A stretch of DNA of 63,676 nt, counting the filler, from Ministeria vibrans ATCC 50519 (Eukaryota > Protista > Filasterea), in NCBI GenBank assembly GCA_943704425.1. It is 10 parts of 10 records of this genome, joined end to end, with 100 filler letters (N's around TTAATTAATTAA, not from the genome) between each part and the next. Parts side by side here need not be neighbours in the genome. Positions count along the whole stretch, not along the records: positions 56,337 to 59,630 come from CALSCP010000761.1; positions 59,731 to 61,162 come from CALSCP010001849.1; positions 61,263 to 62,372 come from CALSCP010002319.1; positions 62,473 to 63,676 come from CALSCP010000792.1; 6 more parts are not named here. One strand, given 5' to 3'. Shown here one piece after another: positions 58,233-63,676 of the stretch. Each line of letters starts with the position of its first letter. The first letter of the stretch is position 1. The notes below the pieces were generated by a model. It ran no database searches. It was not told the DNA's origin and saw only the letters and a program-made list of their open reading frames with translations. A program made the translations under genes and the position numbers.

Positions 58233-59593
58233 CTACTGATGCTCCTTGCCGTCGGTGAGCTCCACAAGACGCGAGGCGGTGTTGAAGAGATTAAGCGGGC
58301 TCTTGCCGTCAAGGAAGAGGGTCGTGCTCATGCCTACAGCACTCAACAACTTCGCTTGCATTTCGGGTCCCGACGTGGCCAGCTTGAGCAGTGTGTCGCG
58401 CCCCAACGTCTTGACCATGTTTTCGTAGCGCTCCACCTCGAGCTTGGCAATGGCCCGGTGGTAGTCAATCTCAAGCTCGTTCTCCACGCGCGTCTGTGCC
58501 ACGTCTGCCTCACGCTGCTCCGTCAAAATATGCAGTTCTGTCTTGAACGCCAGATCCTCCGCCTCAGCCTAGTATTCAAGAACGACATTTTTTAAAAAAA
58601 AAAACGTTCTCTATCCCTCCTTTTATAACAACAATTATGACGGTATACCTTGAGACGCGCAAGCTCAACGGCAGAGCGACCCTCAATAACAGCGGCATCG
58701 GCTCGAGCATGGGCCTCGGCCGTACTGATGCCCACCGAGTCAATGGCGGCACTCTGTGCCTGCAATTCTACCAGTTTGACACGTTCTTGCTCAATGCTAA
58801 TGGCATTCTTCAGCTTCTGTCGCTCCAGTGCCCCCTTGGCCGCCTGCTCGTTGCGACGTGCTTCATGTCGCGAGCTCGCCTCCGTCGATTGCGTCGCAAT
58901 CTCAATGGCAAGACGCACCGAGTCGTTGAGCGACGAGCGCATGTGTTCGTCAACCGGCTCAATCGCCTGCACATCCACACTGCTAATCACCAGTCGGTTT
59001 TGCGCAAAGTACAGACGATCCTTCACTCGCTTCGTCTCTGGATCAATCCCAAACACCGCCTGCCGAATCAGGCGCGTCGAGTTCTGCAAAGGAAAGATTG
59101 CGTGAATGAGTGAGTGCGAAACACAAGTAAAAAAGACACACACATAAAACAAAGTTGGAAATGTGTAATGAAACAGAAGATAGATACAACACGCCCACAC
59201 AATGTGCCAAAAAAAAAAAGATCAAGTGAGAGTGCATGACACATGGATTTTGACAAGCGTACTTTGTGGAAGTCGGCAAAATGAGTCTTGGCAACGAGAG
59301 CGCGCACAGCACTGCCAATGTTGCGACAAGCAATGCCAATCCAGTCCTTCACCGAAAACATTTGCAAATGCTCTTCTTCTGTCGTTCCCACATCTACAAA
59401 TAATAATAATAATATTATAATAATAATAGAGTTATTGTGGAAAATCGAATACAAAGTGAATAGTAAGTAATACACGTTTATCGTACCGAATCTGTTGTTG
59501 TAACCAAGTTTGACACTGAGTCGCGCGTGATCAGCCGTCTCGATTTGAATAATGTCTGTCATGTAATCTGGACCCAACATCAGCGGAAGGCAC
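58233..59593 (-). CDS. MVP: Major vault protein, C-terminal part (shoulder and cap helix), 5'-partial
   Basis: LGPDYMTDIIQIETADHARL, FSVKDWIG, ISSVDVQAIEPVD..SVRLAIEIATQSTEA, SGPEMQAKLL..DGKSPLNLFNTA. Confidence 0.95.
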
Positions 59594-59872
59594 CTGAACA
59601 GAAAAAAAAAAAAAAAAAAAAAAAGTACACNNNNNNNNNNNNNNNNNNNNNNNNNNNNNNNNNNNNNNNNNNNNTTAATTAATTAANNNNNNNNNNNNNN
59701 NNNNNNNNNNNNNNNNNNNNNNNNNNNNNNGGGGGGGGCAGTACACAGCTCAGGCTCACTCACACTCACTGTATGTGTGTTCTTCTGTCTCTCTCTCTAT
59801 GTGTGTTCTTCTGTCTCTCTCTATCACTTTGTTTCTCTCTCTCTCACTTTGTTTCTCTCTCTATCACTTTGT

Positions 59873-59973
<101 letters not shown>

Positions 59974-59979
59974 GTGTAG

Positions 59980-60181
59980 TATTACTACTGGCAAGTACTA
60001 TGCAGCGTTGATGCTCGTCGAGTGGTATCGGCGTTTCAAGATGCGCAAGGAGATTCGCGAACAGCTTCGCATGGTGCACACCGAAGATGAAAAGGCTAAG
60101 CTGCTGGCGCGTCTCCGGGTCAAGTATCGCGAGCGCCTCCCAACTGATTTGAACTATGACGAAGAGCCCGAGTCTGTCTAG
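59980..60181 (+). CDS. Terminal exon of a probable voltage-gated Ca2+ channel alpha-1 subunit (IQ domain)
   Basis: ITTGKYYAALMLVEWYRRFKMRK resembles the Cav IQ region (Cav1 [22 protein letters not shown]; Cav2 GKVYAALMI). Confidence 0.65.
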
Positions 60182-61041
60182 CTGGCGGTGATCTGTTGTA
60201 AATTGTACAGTGTAAATAATACAAGGAGTACGATATGTACAGCTCTCTATTCTCCTTATTTTGCATTATTTTTTTTGCGTATTCTTACGTTTCTCTTCTT
60301 ACCTATTTCCCTTTGGTGTTAGAAAGGTCTGTAGTGCCCCTTGGATTTCATTTGATCTGTCAGAGAAGGAAATTCTTCATTCCTTAATAAACTTCATTTC
60401 ATAATATTATATTACAATCAGCGAGTCTGTCTGTGACCCAGTCTTTTCAGATGAATCACAGGTGTCTGAGTTGTTGTCGCGTAGAAAGTAGTCCTGAGCT
60501 GTTTGTGTTGTGGCTTTTCGTTTGCGATTGATACAAATTATCTCATTTATCTGAATATCTGACATCTGTATTAACTATTATCATTTATTTCTTTTTCTGC
60601 AACTTCAGGTACTGTGTCCAGCCTTCCTGTCACATCCAGTTCACTCGAGACTCTTGATTGAGACGATCAAACCTCTCTGACTGTCAAAACCTCACTCTCA
60701 CCTCTCCCCTCACTTCCCCTCGAGCCATACCCACTCGCTACCTGTCGCCATGCCTTCTCTGCTGCATGAAAACCCCTCCCCTGCCCCGTGCGTGCAGAAC
60801 AGCGCCCTCTACCAGCCGTGTTGCGATCCTTTTTTTTTTCAAGTGCCGTTCACTTTTTGAAAAGAAAAAAAAATTGAGCGAGAAAAAAAACTGTAAAGTG
60901 CTCTGTGGGCCGATGGCGCTGAGGGGCTCGGGATGTGGCAAATGCGTGGTGTCGCGCAAAGCATCGGGGTGTGGAGTGGGCGTCTGCTGAACTGTTTCAA
61001 GAGAAAAAGCCCTAAGCTCCTTTTCCCGTCTCTCTCATAGC

Positions 61042-61095
61042 ATGGCCGAAGAAAACCTCTATCCCATCGCCGTCCTCGTAGACGAGCTGAAGAGC
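61042..61095 (+). CDS. PPP2R1A: PP2A scaffold (A) subunit, first coding exon
   Basis: MAEENLYPIAVLVDELKS followed by a GTAAG donor. Confidence 0.88.
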
Positions 61096-61289
61096 GTAAG
61101 CGCCTGCGCTGCCCCCAGACTCCTTGACTCACTTGTCTTTTTTTTTTTTTTCTCTCTTCTCTNNNNNNNNNNNNNNNNNNNNNNNNNNNNNNNNNNNNNN
61201 NNNNNNTTAATTAATTAANNNNNNNNNNNNNNNNNNNNNNNNNNNNNNNNNNNNNNNNNNNNAAAAAAAAAAACATGGGGTTTTTCTAG

Positions 61290-62255
61290 TTGGATGCGCA
61301 AGTGATGAGCATTGCTCTGCAATCGTCCGCCGAGGATCAGCTTGAAGCAGCACAGTATTTTGAAACTCAAACGGAGGCGGAGGGAACGGGCGCACAGGGG
61401 AGCACGAGTGGGGTGAGTCGTGCGGCAGTGCTGTACCACAAGGCAGGGGAAGTGCCGCGTGCGTTGGAGATGTGCCTGCGCTCGGGCAACCGCGATGCAC
61501 TAGGCCAAATTGCCGATGAGCTTGATGCCGATACGGATGTGGCATTGCTGCAGAAATGCGCTCGTCTCTTCAAAGAGAGCGGGTAATGACAAACAACAAA
61601 AAAAAAGAGAGAGAGGGAGAGAGTTCACAGTTTTTAGAGACAACTGTGTGTTCACTGTATGTTCACTGTATGCCTAATGGTTCTGTATAGAGACTATGAG
61701 CGAGCGGTGCACATGCTGTTGAAATCAAAGCAGTACGAGGAGGCGCTTGATCTTGCGAGCGACAATGGGGTTGTGATTACGGAGGGGATAGCGGAGGAGC
61801 TGACGCTGGAAAAGAGCAGTGAGGACGCGCGGCAGCAGCAGTTGCGGCAGCACTTGCTGTTGCGACTGGCGGACGTGTTGCTTGAGCAGAAGGCGTACCA
61901 TTTGGCGTGCAAGAAGTTTACACAGGCGGGAGAGCGCGTGAAGGCGATGCGGGCACTGCTGCTGTCGGGGGATACGGAGAAGATTGTCTTTTTTGCCAAT
62001 GTGTCTCGCAGTCGCGAGGTGTACACGCTGGCGGGAAACTATCTGCAGTCGCTGGACTGGCGGAGTGATCCCGAGACGATCAAGAACATTGTGATGTGCT
62101 ACACCAAGGGCAAGGCACTGGACCAGCTGGCGCGCTTCTACGAGGCGTGTGCAGCGTCCGAGGTGGACGTGTACCAAAACTATGAGAAGTCGATGGGTGC
62201 GCTCATTGAGGCGCATCGTTGTGTTCTCAACGCCAAAATGGACCAGAACGAGCAG
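61290..62255 (+). CDS. IFT140: Intraflagellar transport protein 140, internal exons
   Basis: AVLYHKAG, YHLACKKFTQAG..AMRALLLSGDTEKIVFFANVSR..AGNYLQSLDWR, FYEACAASEVDVYQNYEK. Confidence 0.95.
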
Positions 62256-62275
62256 GTGATCATGACTGAGCCACA

Positions 62276-62372
<97 letters not shown>

Positions 62373-62510
62373 NNNNNNNNNNNNNNNNNNNNNNNNNNNN
62401 NNNNNNNNNNNNNNNNTTAATTAATTAANNNNNNNNNNNNNNNNNNNNNNNNNNNNNNNNNNNNNNNNNNNNCCCCCCCCCCCCCCCCCCCCCCCCTTCC
62501 TTTCGAACAG

Positions 62511-63564
62511 ATTCTTCCAGTACTGCTGCAACTGACATCGGACAGTGTGCTCAAGGTGAGCGACACAGCCGCATGGGCTCTCGGCCAGATTTGCGAGTCT
62601 GTCCCTCAGGTTGTCACCACCCCTGAACATCTCTCCATGACGGTATTAATTGCACAAAATGTACGTGCACCCGTAGCTCACGCATTTTCCTTAGGTTCCG
62701 GTGCTTTTGGAACTGTTGACGAGCCATCCTAACATTGCGGGTTATGCTGCATGGGGGCTGGGCTCGCTGTGCGAGGCCACGTACGAGGCTGCCCTCGAGG
62801 CCCTCTGCGAGGAGGCGTACAACGACGAAGACATTGTTGTCCAGGACTTTGCCTTTAGCGAGGTACACTACGCATGTTCTGTCGCTGCACACTTATACAC
62901 CTTCGCACATATGTAGGTGTACGAGCGTATGGTTGGCGCACTGTTTGCGACGGCCGACCGACCCGACTCGGGCGAATTTAACTTGTCAACGGCTGTCTTT
63001 GAGGCCATCATGACGGTCATTCAGCACAGTGCGGCCAACTGCTACCCCACCATTCGTCAAGTAAGAAACATGCCAAATACACAGCAATTCCTAATTCACT
63101 CACTCTCTACCCTTTTTTTTTCTTTTTTCTTTTTTCTTTTTTCTTTCTCAGGCGTGCGAGGCAGTCCTGGAGCGTCTGGAGAACTGTGTTGTACAGGCAA
63201 CCCAAGTTATTGGTCATGACGACCACATGCGTCTGGCTACCTTCCAGGGTCAGCTGTGCGCCACTCTGCAGGTTTGTCGTTCTTCTTTAATTTCAATTTT
63301 AATTTTTATACCCCTCTTCTTTTTCTTTTTTTAAAGATTATTCTGGGAAAGCTGAGCAAAGAAGATGCACTTGCGGTGTCGGACCGAGTGATGACACTGC
63401 TGCTGTCGATGTTTCAGACGACGTCGGCCAAGGGACACGTGGAGGAGGATGCGCTACTGGCTATTACGGCCCTTATCAATGCACTCGAGCATGACTTCAT
63501 CAAGTACATGGACGCCTTTAAGCCCTATTTGGTGCTGGGCCTCAAGAATCATCAAGCTCACCAG
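62511..63564 (+). CDS. KPNB1: Importin beta-1, internal exons
   Basis: VSDTAAWALGQICE, DRPDSGEFNL, QGQLCATLQ, VSDRVMTLLL, VEEDALLAI..DFIKYMDAFKPYL..GLKN. Confidence 0.93.
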
Positions 63565-63567
63565 GTA

Positions 63568-63676
63568 TGAAGCAGAGAAAGAGAGAAAGGAGGGAGGGAG
63601 AAAACACAAGAAAGGAATCAACAATTGAAGCAGAGAAAGAGAGAAAGGAGGGAGGGAGAAAACACAAGAAAGGAAT
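63568..63676 (+). repeat. Tandem duplication of a ~59-bp purine-rich unit in an intron
   Basis: TGAAGCAGAGAAAGAGAGAAAGGAGGGAGGGAGAAAACACAAGAAAGGAAT occurs twice. Confidence 0.85.

Noticed and set aside
61020-61044. Spliced-leader trans-splicing suggested by AG acceptors just before several ATGs (PP2A-A, G3BP, OLA1, bZIP, 24026 gene)
   Set aside because: Plausible upstream cis donors exist for most (for example GTAAGT near 37932 and GTAAGC at 49087), so 5'UTR introns are sufficient.

Overview
Eukaryotic, intron-rich DNA. The window is not one locus: it is ten contigs joined by nine artificial 100-nt spacers (44 N + TTAATTAATTAA + 44 N). CDS are GC-rich with mostly short (about 55-90 nt) GT-AG introns, some expanded by (CT)n/(CA)n tracts and a recurrent ~29-bp satellite. 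Intergenic DNA is AT-rich with (AAT)n runs. Gene content (IFT140, a Cav IQ exon, ERp44, GH56 hyaluronidase, raw/OLRN-1, TENT5, KIAA0513, STK33, major vault protein) suggests a flagellated holozoan, perhaps choanoflagellate-like; this is inference. About 28 genes or gene fragments are recognisable from recalled family motifs; no database search was run. Highlights: (i) a co-oriented block of acyl-CoA ligase, LTR remnant, duplicated secreted Cys-rich genes, bacterial-type 2OG-Fe(II) oxygenase and bacterial-type SAM methyltransferase (candidate accessory or biosynthetic cluster); (ii) 11 consecutive genes in strictly alternating orientation with very small gaps and a shared AATGATC motif in three head-to-head gaps; (iii) a raw/OLRN-1 double-NDT protein; (iv) a myosin-I with a degenerate switch II; (v) a KIAA0513-PDZ fusion; (vi) EI24 with three FFAT-like motifs; (vii) a strand-biased intronic satellite.
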